Below are positions 1 through 12,785 of a stretch of DNA of 64,000 nucleotides, piece after piece. Origin of the DNA: the human T2T-CHM13v2.0 reference genome, Homo sapiens; NCBI RefSeq assembly GCF_009914755.1, contig NC_060925.1; one strand, given 5' to 3'. The number at the start of each line of letters is the position of its first letter. Within the stretch, counting starts at the first letter, position 1. A program made the position numbers and the translations under genes. The notes under the pieces are model-generated. The model saw nothing but the letters and a program-made list of their open reading frames with translations, had not been told where the DNA came from and did no database searches.

Positions 1-1299
1 AGATTTAGATGATAAATTAGCATAATATAAACCGATGATTTTGAGTTTTAAGAGTATTATCTTTCCATCCCAAACATTTTTGCACATGGTATTAAAACAA
101 ATGAGTAATCATTGCAATAAGTAATCATTGCAAGTTTTCTCTAGCTGTAACTCTTCATTTGTGGGGCCATTATATATTCTGTTGCCCTGAGTTATGTGCA
201 AGTTGTTACCACCAGTTGTCAGGCAGGACCAAAAATATAAATGTTGATTAAAATAAAAACAGAACATTTACTATATAGCTGATATAAGTTTATATCTACA
301 ATTTTTGCTGCCTCTAATCTAACCTAAATGCTTAATTGCATCAAAAAGTTTTTAAATCTTATGAAACACCATTTTGTAGGTGCCTTCATTATGACAGAGT
401 CCCAAACTATTGTATCAATTATTTGTAGACTATTTTCTATCAATCTTTAATCTGGTAGCAACAGCAAAACATTGTTTTTCAGATGCATGCATATGTAGCA
501 TTCTACATGGCTCAAAAGAGCCTGGGTCCTTTCCCTCAGAGAGCTTACTGCACTACTTGGCAAATAAGACATATGCCCAGAAAGCAACTAGAGTTCCACT
601 TTATATAGAAAATAATTAAGGGTCAAAATGATGAAAGAGCAACTTTCAGAGGATTTCAAGTAAGTCAAAGATGAAAGTTGAGTAGAATGCTTCTTAGCCT
701 ATGTGGAGCTAAACGTAGAGTTTGAAGAACAGGCATTAATCTTTTCTCAGGCTTTTCACAGCATACTAACCTCTGCTTTAGCATGGTACCTAGAAAGTCT
801 CACTCAAAGAAGTAGAGAGAAAGATGCACATCAGAGACTGGGAAACTCATACACTTATTTGCATTTGTATTGACATGGTGTGTTTATATTTTTATATTCC
901 CCATTAGCCTGGGCAAGTCAGGGTTTCAGGGGCAGAGACTGCTCTCTTCATCTCACATTTTCTGAACTAAGCATTGTGTCTTACACAGAGAAGATGTCTA
1001 ATTAATATTTTTTAACTGAACCAAATTATTGTGGATTTCTATGAGTGTCATTTCACGAAGCAATGACCTAATTGGTATAAGTATGACTACTTGTGTATAG
1101 CATCCAACTTGCCCAATAACTTTTATAATTTTAAAGGGAAAAGGATGTTTGAGCCCACGGGATGGGGCACTTTTATATTTGAGTTTGTGGTTGTTGCAAT
1201 TGTTTGAGTGAAAAAAAAGAACTCTACTTTTCCCATGGCAAGCAAAGCCAGCTGAGGGTTTGTACCATCCAGTTCTGAAAGTTAATTTTGATCTTCAGT

Positions 1300-1635
1300 A
1301 AATGTCCCTTGGCATCTGCAGGGGATTGGTTCCAGGACCTCTCATGGATACCAAAGTCTGAGAATGCTCAAGTCCCTGGTATTAATTGCTGTAGCATTTG
1401 CATATTTCCTATGCACATCCTCTCCTGTACTTTAAATCATTGAAAGAGTACCTATAATATCTAGTACAATGTAAATGCTCTGTAAATAGTTTTTGCACTA
1501 TATTGTCTAGGGAATAATGACAAAGGAAAAAGAGTCTATACATCTTCAGTACAGACACAATCTTTAAAAAAATTTTTTGATCCATGGTTAGTTGAATCCA
1601 CAGAAGTGAAACCTATGGATTTAGAGGGCCAACTA
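1300..1635 (+). mobile_element. MER2 (TcMar-Tigger MITE)
   Basis: Matches recalled MER2 consensus: GGGGATTGGTTCCAGGACC ... GGGAATAATGACAA ... GTTGAATCCAC ... GAGGGCCAACT. Confidence 0.85.
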
Positions 1636-1694
1636 TATATACTAAGGAAAAGTTCAAGGAAGGAGTAAGAAAGTAGTTATTTTCAATGTAAATG

Positions 1695-1845
1695 ATGATA
1701 ATGATAATACCTACCATTTATTTATCACCATATGAAAGGAGCTTTGCTAAGTTTTTCATGCTTTCATTTAACCACGCAACTCTATGGGATAGTTGTTATT
1801 ATTTCCATTTTACAGATAAGGAAACTGACTAAAGAGACTAAGTCT
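1695..1845 (-). mobile_element. MIR SINE fragment
   Basis: MIR core ATTATTTCCATTTTACAGATAAGGAAACTGA. Confidence 0.75.
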
Positions 1846-2086
1846 GTAGTATTCTGTATCTTCTACTGTAACAACAACAACAGCAAAACCATGTGAGAAG
1901 AGAGAGATAGAAGGAGCGTACTGATGATATTGAATGGGCATCAGCAATATTTATCAGCCTTACTCTCTGTACTTTAATCTTTTAAAAAGTCAATTCCTGT
2001 GACCCAAACAATTTCTCATATCATCTTATGCTTCTGTGTTCCTGCTTTATTTCTTCTTTCACACTCCATGTTCTGCTGGTGTGGAA

Positions 2087-2270
2087 CAGATGTTGCATAG
2101 AAAGCATGCAGATAGGTTTTGTTTGGCCCATAGTGTTTAAATATTTTGAAAATGTTCATAATTCAAGCAGGAATGTACCTCTCTAATTTGCTGTAGACCT
2201 CACCACCTACCAACTTATATTTGGTCTAATTTATACATTCATTTTGTGGCATTGGAGTTTGCTAGTCATT
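2087..2270 (+). mobile_element. MER102-like hAT-Charlie fragment
   Basis: GTTTTGTTTGGCCC...GTGTTTAAA and GGCATTGGAGTTTGC resemble MER102 ends. Confidence 0.45.
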
Positions 2271-2624
2271 ATTTATAGCTTAAAGGATTTAAACTTTTTA
2301 CTTAATACTAGAAGCTGTGTGTTTTTCTTGGAAAAGTATATTTTTCAAATTGTTTGACACTGAAGCAGAAACATCACTGCAAACATACATGGATCAAATA
2401 CATGATATTCTCCTTCTATAAAGATATAGTATTATATGTTATATTAACACTGTAAGGAATTAAATAGTGATAACCTCCATCACAAAGTGCACATGGCATT
2501 CACATGAAATATGTATATGAAATCATTTTATAAACTGTGAAGCACCATACAAAATGCATTTTTTATTACTCTTAATTCCTCATTTGTTCCCTTTAATATT
2601 GGGGATGGAAAAACACTCCACAAT

Positions 2625-3323
2625 TAAAACCACCTTTGCAAAAACTACAACTGAGAAAATTATGACTGAAAGATCTGACTTGACTCCACTTTGCTTCTAA
2701 CCTGCAAGCTGTTCTTGTTCATTCATGGACATAGGCCAAAATAACTTTGGGAGGAACTTGAAACTAAGACAATAATAGCCCTTTCACAAAACAAACCTCT
2801 TTCCTGCCTGGGGACTACACTACCTTCATAGGACTAACAAATTAGCCACAAGATTAGAAATAATGGTTTAGGAATCACATAGCTGGAGACTGAAAGATTC
2901 GAAACCTCCCCAGATTGCTTCTGGGGATAAATCACTATTGCAAAACCTAAGATCAGTGCTTGAGATATTTTGCAGATGCTGTACAGGATGGCTCAGCTGC
3001 TACCACCCAGACTGATAAACTGGGTCATCTGGTCTCCTGGCCCCAGGAGACTGACTCAGCATCAAGAGGACAACTTTGACACCCTATGATATCATCTCCA
3101 ACCCAACCAATCAGCAGTCCCCACTTTCAGACCCCTACCCACCAAGTTTTCCTTAAAACCCCCATCCTCAAGTTTTTGAGAAGACTGATTTGAGTAATAA
3201 TAACACTCTTCTCTCCTGTACAGCTGGCTGTGCGTGAATTAAACTTTTCTCTATTGCAATTCCCGTCTTGATAAATCAAATCTATCTAGGCACCGGGCAA
3301 GGAGAACCCACTGAAGGGTCACA
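2625..3323 (+). mobile_element. LTR8-family (ERV1) solo LTR
   Basis: Full-length match to recalled LTR8 (AAACCACCTTTGCAAAA ... TTAGCCACAAGATTAGAAAT ... GGGCAAGGAGAACCC ... ACA). Flanked by ACAAT (2620-2624) and ACGAT (3324-3328), a 5-bp TSD with one CpG-type change. Confidence 0.85.
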
Positions 3324-4184
3324 ACGATATTCTCATACATACAGAGGTTTTTTTTATATGATATAACTAATTAGTTTGGGGTCTAGATCTGAGAAGGACT
3401 CACCGTTTTTGACTGTCAGCTTATTCTAGTGGGTATAAAGGAAAATAATGAGTGATAATTTTAAAATAGCCAACTTTCCAATGACAAATGACAGGTAATT
3501 TAAAAAGACAGAGCTGTTATGAGCTAAAAAAATCTTAATTTTGAAGATGACATTTAACTCAAATAGTGAAGATTTTAGGAACTGCCAAAGAAAAATATTA
3601 TTGATAGAAAATTATAATAGTTGCTTTTAATTTGATATATGCATTTGCCTCTCAGTTGAATGCAAAATATAAAATTCCTGCATGTAAAAAAAACACAACA
3701 ATTAAGTAAAATAAACAAATTGTTAATTTTCTAATTTGTGTTCCTCAAATTCCATGTATTATAGAGTCCCTCTCCCAGCTATTTCTTTAACTTGTGACTT
3801 TTCTAATAAGTGCTTAAACAGAAAGAATTCTGCATCCATTGGCAAATATCATCTTCAGGAGACTTCTGAAGACCTATATGCAGACCAATTAACTGATTAT
3901 ATTACCATACTTATAAAAGTCCTGCAAGAGAACCCATTAAAACTCTTATGAAATCCTTGACAACCCTGTATCTGTGATTCTCTAGTATAAAACCAGTCAT
4001 CACAAGTAGCATTTTAAATTTTATCAATTATTTTTACTCATTTGCACTTGAAAAATGTCAATTAATTAAATAATATCAAATACTTATTGAATACATGATA
4101 TGATCTAGGGTCTATGCTATGCCGTAGGGGTACAGGTGAGAAGGACAGATCATAACACTTTTTCCAGCAGAGCATAGAGCCTAA

Positions 4185-4530
4185 GGAAGCATTTACAAAC
4201 TTTCCTGAAGAATCATTTGGGGGCCTTCATTAAAAAAAAAAATAAAAGATTCAAAGACACTGAAGGGACTGACTGATTCAGCATGTCTTACGTTGGGCCT
4301 GAGAATCTACACTTTTAAACAAGACTACCAATTAATTCTTATGACCTAGGAGAGGAAACATTGTTCTAGTGCAGTGGTTCTCAGTTTGGCTGCACAGTAT
4401 CTAAGAGAACTTTAAGAAAATCCTGATGCTGATTACATCAGAATCTCCAGTCTTGGGGCCTACGTATCATATTTGGAGAGAGAGCACTTCAAGTTATTCC
4501 AATATCTAGGCAAAGTTGAGAATCACATTT
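4185..4530. mobile_element. Two adjacent MER5-family (hAT-Charlie) MITEs
   Basis: CAGTGGTTCTCA ... TTGAGAATCAC termini (about 4372-4528). An upstream copy carries GATTCAG ... GGGCCTGAGAATCT ... TTTTAAACAAG. Confidence 0.6.
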
Positions 4531-4693
4531 TAGTCTGATGTCAATTATTCCTCTTGATCATTTGCCGTATAACTTCATTCTTCTCTGCTGCCAGAGTAAA
4601 GTGGGAATATTAGGGAATCAAGTCACAACGTAACTCCAAATGTTTTCAAAGTAATCACCCTAAAGTCAGTCTAATTATTCATTCATTCGTACA

Positions 4694-5325
4694 TTTGTGT
4701 ATCGACTTACTCAGTAATGAATGTCAAAGACAGAGATCCACACACCCATGGTACCTATGGCACAGAATAGGTCCCAAGATTTGGCAGTTTCCATGGGAGT
4801 TGTACCATACAAGGCTCCTCCAGAGAAAATAACTTCTAATTTATGAATGACACTAGAAAATTCCCTAGAGTGTAGAATCTTCACAAGTAGCCAAAACAGA
4901 TACAAAAGTTTCAATACCAGACAATTATATTGCACATGGTTTATGTAAGTACTATATATCCATATAATACAGAATTATATGTAATAAATAGATACACATA
5001 TAAAGAGAAGGATTCATATATATGTGTACATATTCTATATTAGTCTAGGGTTTATAGCCTTGAATACCCACATGAACTGCAGTGTGCACTGCAGTTGTCT
5101 GATATTAAAACTTTTATTTCTGTTTCGGCTATCTGTGTAGATTCTACACTCCTGGGAACTTTCTGATATCACCCACGAATTCTAAGTAATTTGCTCCCAA
5201 GGAGCCTAGCACAGATAACACAACTCCCATGGAAACTGCTAGATCTTTGGACCTATTCTGTGCCATGGGTACCATGGGTTTGTGGATCTCTGTCTTTTTA
5301 ATTCACTATTATATCAATGCACATA
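4694..5325. repeat. Long inverted repeat (arms about 4694-4947 and 5071-5325)
   Basis: 4726-4803 vs reverse complement of 5220-5297: 73/78. 4812-4936 vs 5083-5207: 96/125, ungapped. Confidence 0.95.
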
Positions 5326-5722
5326 TAAGTATACATATTTATATATAAATGCCCATATAAACAGACACATTTCCATATGTTTTCGTAATGCTTCCAGCCT
5401 TTTAAAACTAGAAGAAAGAAGTCAGCTCTACAGAGGGTGAGTTCAGGGATGATTTTCAAATCTCCTCAGCATGAGAAATAATCACTATCATTTGGAGTAC
5501 ATAGAAGAAAAGTTAATTCATAATATACAATGGATGCCTTAGGGATTAGGGCTACCTGTAGTTCTGAAATGTTTATGTCCAAAATTGTAATCTGATTTCA
5601 GATTTTCAAGTTAAAATTTTTCTTAAAAAAGCAATCAACTGCAATCAGATTCAATTTTATTACTGCTTTGAGTAATGAAAAAACTAAGCTATATAATTTA
5701 TTAATATTTACAATATGAAATT

Positions 5723-5998
5723 CAGATTAGTTAGGGTAGTTTATCTGCTGTAACGATAGAGTCCATAACGTATAATGGTTCCAATACAATTGAAATTTGC
5801 ATCTTGATTGTGTGGATGAACAAGTTGTTGAGGCGGTCCCTATCCATGATGTTACTCAGGACCCATCTTCAACGTGTGACTTCTAGGGGGTCAACCAAAT
5901 TCAAGTGAGCACTAATGAGGCAAGAATATATAAGATGTACATGACATGTTGTATGGGCCAGGCATTAGCATGGCACACATTTTGTTGTTGTTGTCAGT

Positions 5999-6052
<54 letters not shown>

Positions 6053-6261
6053 CATTTCATCACCTCAGGTAATCCCCAAGGGCATTTACACAATTCATAA
6101 TGACCAATGTGACTTGACAGTGACGCTGAGGGCTTGGCATTGGGTGATACAGTCAGCTCTGTCTTGGTGGCACCATATGAGGTCCTGGGAAATGTAGTCT
6201 AGCTGTGTGCCTAGAAGAAGAGGAAATGAGTTTTAGTGGTCAGCCAGAAGTCTGTGCTACA
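5723..6261 (-). mobile_element. MLT1K/J-like MaLR LTR, interrupted
   Basis: CTGGGAAATGTAGTCTAGCTGTGTGCCTAGAAGAAGAGGAAATG ... CTGTGCTACA is the reverse complement of the MLT1K/J 5' end. Confidence 0.7.
6006..6050. repeat. (TA)n microsatellite
   Basis: About 22 perfect TA units. Confidence 0.98.
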
Positions 6262-6728
6262 TTGACCCTATGTATACTGGTGATAACAGGTAATAGGTGT
6301 CTGAGTAATGGTTATAATTAAGAAGGCTGATCTGGATTTGCATGAATCAGTTATACAAATATAATGTTAGTTGCATACTAAATATTTTTAGTTTATTAAT
6401 GTATTTTCACAATTTATGAACTAATAGCAGTAATTGGGAAATGAATGAAAACTACTTAATAAAGCATGCTATATATGAATTAATTTTGAAATAACTCTTC
6501 TCATTCACTTTTGTTAATTTAAAAGCATGAGAATAGCTTTGGGAGTGTGGCAACATATGTCTATGAATCAAAATGTGGTCCAAGAAGAAAAACCTCATTA
6601 TGACTATGTCCCTGAATTGAAATATGGCTCAAGAGGAAAAACATATAACTATATAAATATAATAGTATGAAATAGGCTATATACATTTTAAAACATTGTC
6701 ATAATCTCATGCACTATATGTCAGTAAA

Positions 6729-6761
6729 CACACATACACGCGCGCACACACACACACACAC
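6729..6761. repeat. (CA)n/(CG)n compound microsatellite
   Basis: CACACATACACGCGCGCACACACACACACACAC. Confidence 0.9.
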
Positions 6762-7929
6762 TTTTTTTTCTTCAGGAGTAAACATTAAAATAAAAAGACT
6801 ATGGCCACTGTATTTAGAGAACCTTGTACCACACCCAACAGAAGGGGCTCCTTAACCACTTAGTTCTACAAATTACTCTAATCCTATTTATGAGCTGCAC
6901 TCAGTTGTTGGTGTCCAGTCATAATTTCTATCCCCATTTCTGACATGCTCAGTTTCCATATTATGAAGTCAGTCTGTCTGTCTGTCCTCAGCAACCTGAA
7001 CCTCCAGAAGAAACAGTGAGTTCTCTCTGACTCAAGTTTCTACCCATTATTTCCACAGAGATTCACTATCCAACTCTTCCTGGTTTTTCTCTGAGGGTAG
7101 ATTCATCCCTGCCTCCTCGACTAATGCTCATAGTTTCCAGAGGGCCAACTGTGTCCCAAACATTCTCATGACATTTCACTTTGGTTAATATTCTCCCCCC
7201 TATACTTCACTACTAGAATGTCCTTTAGTCCTGAGTTGTCCTCTTTTTGTCTCCCTACAGAAATAGCTAAAGTTTCCTCCCAGGGCCAGTTAAAATGTTG
7301 TTCTTCTCTCATCTGCCTTCATTAGGTCTCATTTAATTTTGGCTGCATTCACTAATTCTAAAAATAGTGCTCTTACTTAACACCCCATTAAGTAAATTCC
7401 CTTAGACACACTCCCTTTAAATGAAAACAGGTATATTTAAGTCAGAAAAAGTCATTCGTTTTCCCCACACTATCATATTGCTTGCATAAACCTGGACAAA
7501 TTTACCATCTCTTACAGTAGCTCCCATCAGAATCTTTGCCTCATTCAGCCCAGACAGACAAATTCCCCAATCTCACATCTTCTGTATGCCATTTGAAATG
7601 CTACACAAGACGATGTGTGTGTGCAAATAAATGTATCTGTATAACAGCACAGAAAGGTACTAATTTGACCAAAACTAGAAATCCTGCGATACCAACATTT
7701 ACTTTTTATTTGCTATAAAAATAGTGCTACTCCACACTGGAACCTGGCAACAGGATTTCTTATTCCAGTGCGTTCTTGTGGTTGAAGTGGTTCACTCTGC
7801 AGCCTCTTTCCTTAATACAACACTCACACGGTGCGAATGCTCAAAGCTAGCGTGGTAACTGTACCTTCCCTGTAACAATGTCACCTTCCCGCACCCACAG
7901 ACTGAGCGTGGAAGGGAGAAGCGACGCCC

Positions 7930-8160
7930 CTCCTGATCCTCTAAAACCTTTCAAATGCTTTCCTGTAACTGGTGGTGAACTCACTGGCCTGCAATTTTCT
8001 GGTGTTACTGGTTTCTTACATTGCCATTTTCTATTCTTTGGGGATATGGCCTGAATAAAGTTGGCTTTTGAAAATGTCAACAAAAGCTTTTCTCTGTTTG
8101 GCTTCGTTTCTTCTCTGCTCTCATTTCTTGGGAGGCACTGTGAATGCCCTCTTGGCACCT
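7930..8160 (-). mobile_element. Ancient CR1/L3 LINE ORF2 fragment
   Basis: Minus-strand translation PENCRPVSSPPVTGKHL resembles the CR1 pre-RT motif PGNYRPVSLTSVPGKIL. Upstream residues are also weakly similar. Confidence 0.6.
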
Positions 8161-8619
8161 TGTCGATTTCCTAAGCAGCTAACCTTTCAATAATGATATT
8201 AATGCTGCCGTGTGGTAATCTGTGCATTTCTCACTTGATCGTTTTCAACCCTTGCTTGCTGAGATTGATTTGTGTTGTTGTGTTCTTAAGATTCTGGAGT
8301 TTAATTGAGTGCAAACTGACTAGGGACCCAGAAACAAAATTTCTAGCTAATAAATGAGAAACAATCTTAATAAGTGGAAATTTGTTTCTAATTGAATTTC
8401 CAAGAGCTAGCTATACTTTGAATTTGGCCTTGAAAAAGAGATACAGATAATTATAAACCTTTTTAAAGTCTCATTTAATATTTTCTATTTCAAAATCCTC
8501 CCTATTTGGAAGAAAGTTTCTAAATAATGTTAATCTTCTCTGGCTGGGACTACAGCATGGATGCCTCTGGGGATATGTGTTGATGTGGGCTATCACCCTA
8601 TTGGAAGACCACAGGAGAA

Positions 8620-8790
8620 CTAATTGACGGCATGGGCTCTGAAGCCAGACTAAGCATGTTCACATCCCAGCTCTGCCACATTTTACCTGTGTCCTTGGTC
8701 AATTTATTTAACATATCAGTTTTCTAATTTCCAAGACGGTTATATTTAAATGCCTACCTTATTGGATTTAAATGAGAAAATACATTAGCA
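8620..8790 (+). mobile_element. MIR SINE fragment
   Basis: GGGCTCTGAAGCCAGAC ... ATCCCAGCTCTGCCAC ... TTAAATGAGA. Confidence 0.7.
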
Positions 8791-10799
8791 TTATTAGCAT
8801 TATTTTTCTTCTTTATTCTTTCGAAAGAATCTTTTCACTATTAAATTTTCTTGCATGCCCTAGTTGCCCTCCTGAATTAAATGTTTCTAATGATCTAGCT
8901 CTCCTTTTTTATTGTATTACACAAACTTTGCTTATAATATCTCAGATGGATAATTTCTTCTTGCCCTAAAGATCTGGGAAATAATTGGATTGTTTTACTG
9001 TAGATCTCTTTCTATAGAGAAGGTCAAGGGGATTCAAATAACAGATTACTGCCTTCATTAAGACCTCTCACTCCTTCTTGGTTCGAACTTGAATCAGGGA
9101 TTCAGTCTGATACTCCCATTAGACAGAAGCAGATCTGGAATAGAATTTGATTAAAAATGTAGCTGAGGGTTAGCAAGGTTATTTGATTATCCAAGATCCT
9201 TCTCAGTGATTCTTCTTCCTAGGGCTCCTTCACAAAACTTAAAGGTGCAATTTAAACACCATCCACTTAGACATTCAACCATTATTTATTTGGAAACATA
9301 ATGGCAGAGAAGGGGAAGTATCATCAGAGGCACATTCCAGAGACTAAAAAATCCAAGTAAGAGAGGCTCTATTTTTGCAGAGGATGTGTATAGCACCTAT
9401 GTGGTTAGGCACCTTTTCTTCTCCATACTCAAGTAGCACTCAGCGACTCAACTCAGCAGTTGTCCTTCCAACCATAAACAACCAGGGAGGATGTTTTCAA
9501 AATTAGCATTGAGAAAGTTGTCCCTTATCCTTCCTTCAGTAGTGAAAGAAAAGGAAGAATTCATCCTATCACACCTTTTTGATTCCCAAGAGACAATTCT
9601 CAATTGTTTTTGTCATTTCTATTCATGTTCTTACTGTGTTGCTGTTATGTCACTTGACGTTTTTCTGCTTCAGATTTCTGATTTACAAAATGGAAATAAT
9701 GATGTCCATGTCTACCTTTTCACAGAAATACCCTTGTGATTAATAAGGGTACCAGGACAACAGTCAATGGAGGATTTTAGAGAAAGATTCTGCAAGAGAT
9801 ATTTGTATACAATGTATATTAATTACATAAAGCAGGGTTACCAGAAAGTCTTGGACTAAGATTCATTTTGTATCCAGCTGCTGCATCAGTACTATTTGCA
9901 GAATAGTCTAGATTATCTTTCTCTAACTGAAGGTGAAAGGTTTTGTTGTTACTAAATGATGTGGGAAACAGCATAGTCCCTTTCTGAAAGATGCAGTGTT
10001 TCTTTGGCCAGCATGGAGGAAAGAGCATGCAAGCTTCACAGAATGATTAGAACTCTTTAATCCTGGATGGATGGTCTTTGTATCAATTATGTTTCAACCC
10101 TTGTATGTGAAGAACTGTATTCTCAGTCACTAAACCCTCATTTAATGGTTTTAGCAACCTACAGAAAGTTAGTGAAAAGCATGCCTGGTGCCATAGATGA
10201 AATAGTGTTAGAGCGTTGATGATGTCTGCCTTCTTTTCTTTTGGGAGGGAAATCCCCCTTCTAAATTCTTAAAATAGAGTTGGCTTTCATTAAATCTATT
10301 CAGAGTTAAGGGTCTGGGGATCTTGAGTGACCTCTTTCTTTGGGAATGGAGCACATTTTAATAAGCTTTTTCCTGTCCATGGTCTCTGAAAGACAGCCTC
10401 TGGCAGACCTCCTGAATTGCTGGGTTTTTTAAAGGAAAGGATTGATTACAGGCTTCGAATTCTTTCTCTTTCTTTAATTTCTTTTTTTTTTTCTTTTCAT
10501 ACAAAGAATGTGAAAGACATTCTGAGTCTTCTTCTGTTGAGATATGGGTGGCCTTGCAGGCAGACATTTAGCATTGAACTTTTATTAATTTTCTGTGGGT
10601 TTGACAAAGTTTCTTCTTTTTTGCTTCCTAAATATGAGTGAGGCTAAAGAGCTGTTACTTGCCCAGCTTGTTCTTCAGCACTGTAAGTGCTAGAGAGGAA
10701 AAAAAATAGTTTTTTTGTTCTTATTTTGTTTTCTGGCTTTCTTGGTGGAACTGCCTCTATAGCCTTCATCTGAAAAGCTTCATTTATTATAGCTCTTAA

Positions 10800-11150
10800 T
10801 ACATGCTATTCCCTCAGACACAAACATTCGCCCCTGCCTTACCTCTCTCTTCTCTGTGCCCCTCCTCACACTTTCTCCATAAAACTTTCCTTCTAACTCC
10901 TGTCTATCCCAAATGCTTCTTGCAGGAAGCCCTCCTACACGTTCCCACAGCACATCAGACTCTTGCTTATTTCAGGAGAGCTCTTCTCATGCTATTAAAA
11001 TTGCTCATGAACTTGAGAGTGTTCCCACTACACACTAAGCTTAATTGGTACAGGAGCTGTGGATTTTTCACCATTTTATTCTCAGTGCTTTGTACAATGA
11101 CTGGGGCCTAATAAAAATTCAATTAATATTTGTCAGATGAATGAATTAAT
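10800..11150 (+). mobile_element. L2 LINE 3' fragment
   Basis: Ends with AATATTTGTCAGATGAATGAAT, a typical L2 3' terminus. Confidence 0.6.
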
Positions 11151-11365
11151 AATAATCAAGGAACATAAGGATAACATATATTAATGTTCTTTATGCCAGG
11201 TATTGAACTCAATGCTTTACAGAGATCATCTAATTAAATCTTCGTAGCTCTATATGATGACAGTTTTGAATACATAATGACAGAAAAAGGCTAAAAAGAG
11301 ACTTAGCAAATCATCAAGGTGATAAAGCTGGTAAGTGACAGACTAAGGTTATTACACACACTAGA

Positions 11366-11485
11366 TAGTTAGGTAATCCAAAATATAGGAATGTATAGTC
11401 ATTTAGCCCCACAAAACAGGAGCAGTAGTCAGATAATCCAAAATATAGGGATGTATAGTCATTTGGCCCCACAAAACAGGAGCAG
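11366..11485. repeat. 60-bp tandem duplication (2 copies)
   Basis: 11366-11425 vs 11426-11485: 56/60 identical. Confidence 0.95.
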
Positions 11486-12519
11486 CACTGACTGAATAGC
11501 AATGCAATGTATTTTTCAGATCACCTTACCATAGGAGCTGTACTTTCTAGAATTCATAGCTGAAATGAGAAGGTAGTTCTCACTTAATATTGAACAATTC
11601 TGTGGCATTTAAGAGTGTGAAAGTCATTCTTTTGCTCAATTAACACGCTATTCCACAAGTCACTTCTCTGGCTATTTTGTGCTGTAGATAATTATTTGCA
11701 TGCTAGTCACTAAAGCCTGCCTATAAAAAACAATGAGAAAGGGAAAGACAATCAGTTGTTTGACTGATCTGATTTTCTATTTTACTTAGGTGAAAAGTTA
11801 GTCAAACAAACTCGTTTTGCAATGTAGCTATAGCTCAAGACTATCTGATGCTTTTGAAGAAAAATACAACCTCCTGAAATTTTAGTGATTTCCAGCCACT
11901 ACTGACCATGTAAATTTGAACCAATACTTGCTTTTTCTAAATCAATTGATTTTCCTTCTCACAGGCAACATTTTATTTTCTAACCTGCAGCATTTCTATG
12001 CCTGACTGGAATATTTTTGCATTTGATTAGTGTTTTCATTTGACTTTCAATGAGGTCTCAAAACAGTTTGGCTTGTCACAGTCAAATTATTTAAATATTC
12101 CTCTGAAAAGAGTATGTGGGAACTAAAATCAGATTCATGTGAACCTGAAAAAAACAGTGGCAACGTTTCCTGAACTTGTTAAATTTTTATGTCTAAATTA
12201 ATCATTTCACAATTTTCTTTCATGTTGATGTTCAGCTTCTTAAATATAGTGATTATTGGTTGCCTTAATGGAAAACTTTTAATTTTTAGCTGACCCAGAA
12301 GTTGGTCTCTGATAAGGATTTTTGTTATTTTTAAATATTCCTTATGGTTTCAACAGCACCGATATATTGTGCCTTCTACTCATATTAGTAAAACTTATTT
12401 TAATTTATCTAACCCATCCTTTTCACTTCTCAGCTACTCCTCACTCCTCCTAATTGATCAGAATTATCTCAATTATGGGTTCAAATATGGTCAACATTCT
12501 CTGCCTACATTCCACTTAT

Positions 12520-12785
12520 GCCCTGTGAAAGAAAGCACACGTAAAATAGTACATACCATATTATCCCACTTGTATATAATTTTAGAAAATGCAAACTAAT
12601 CAATAGAGTTGAAAAGATTAGTGTTTTCCTAGGGCTGAGGTATAAGAAAGGAATTGATTGCAAGAGGGACCATGAATCTTTTTGGGGTGACAGAAATATT
12701 TTTTGTATTGATTGAGATGGTGGTTTCACAGGAGTATATAACTGTTAAAACTCATCAAATTGTAGTCTTTAAGTAGATGTAGTTC
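12520..12785 (+). mobile_element. L1ME/L1MD-type 3' UTR fragment
   Basis: GAAAATGCAAACTAATC ... GGGGTGACAGAAATATT ... AAAACTCATCAAATTGTA. Confidence 0.75.

Noticed and set aside
104-133. Micro-duplications (AGTAATCATTGCAA twice; also 61352-61397 and 56283-56298)
   Set aside because: Ordinary slippage-scale events with no functional cue.
11366-11485. Tandem repeats here and at 63601 as CRISPR-like arrays
   Set aside because: Two abutting copies, no spacers, no cas genes, eukaryotic intron.
11761-11795. Other AG|GT sites (11789, near 13192, near 58769) as recursive splice sites
   Set aside because: Reasonable pyrimidine tracts but weak donors (GTGAAA, GTTCTG, GTATCT); expected by chance in 63 kb.
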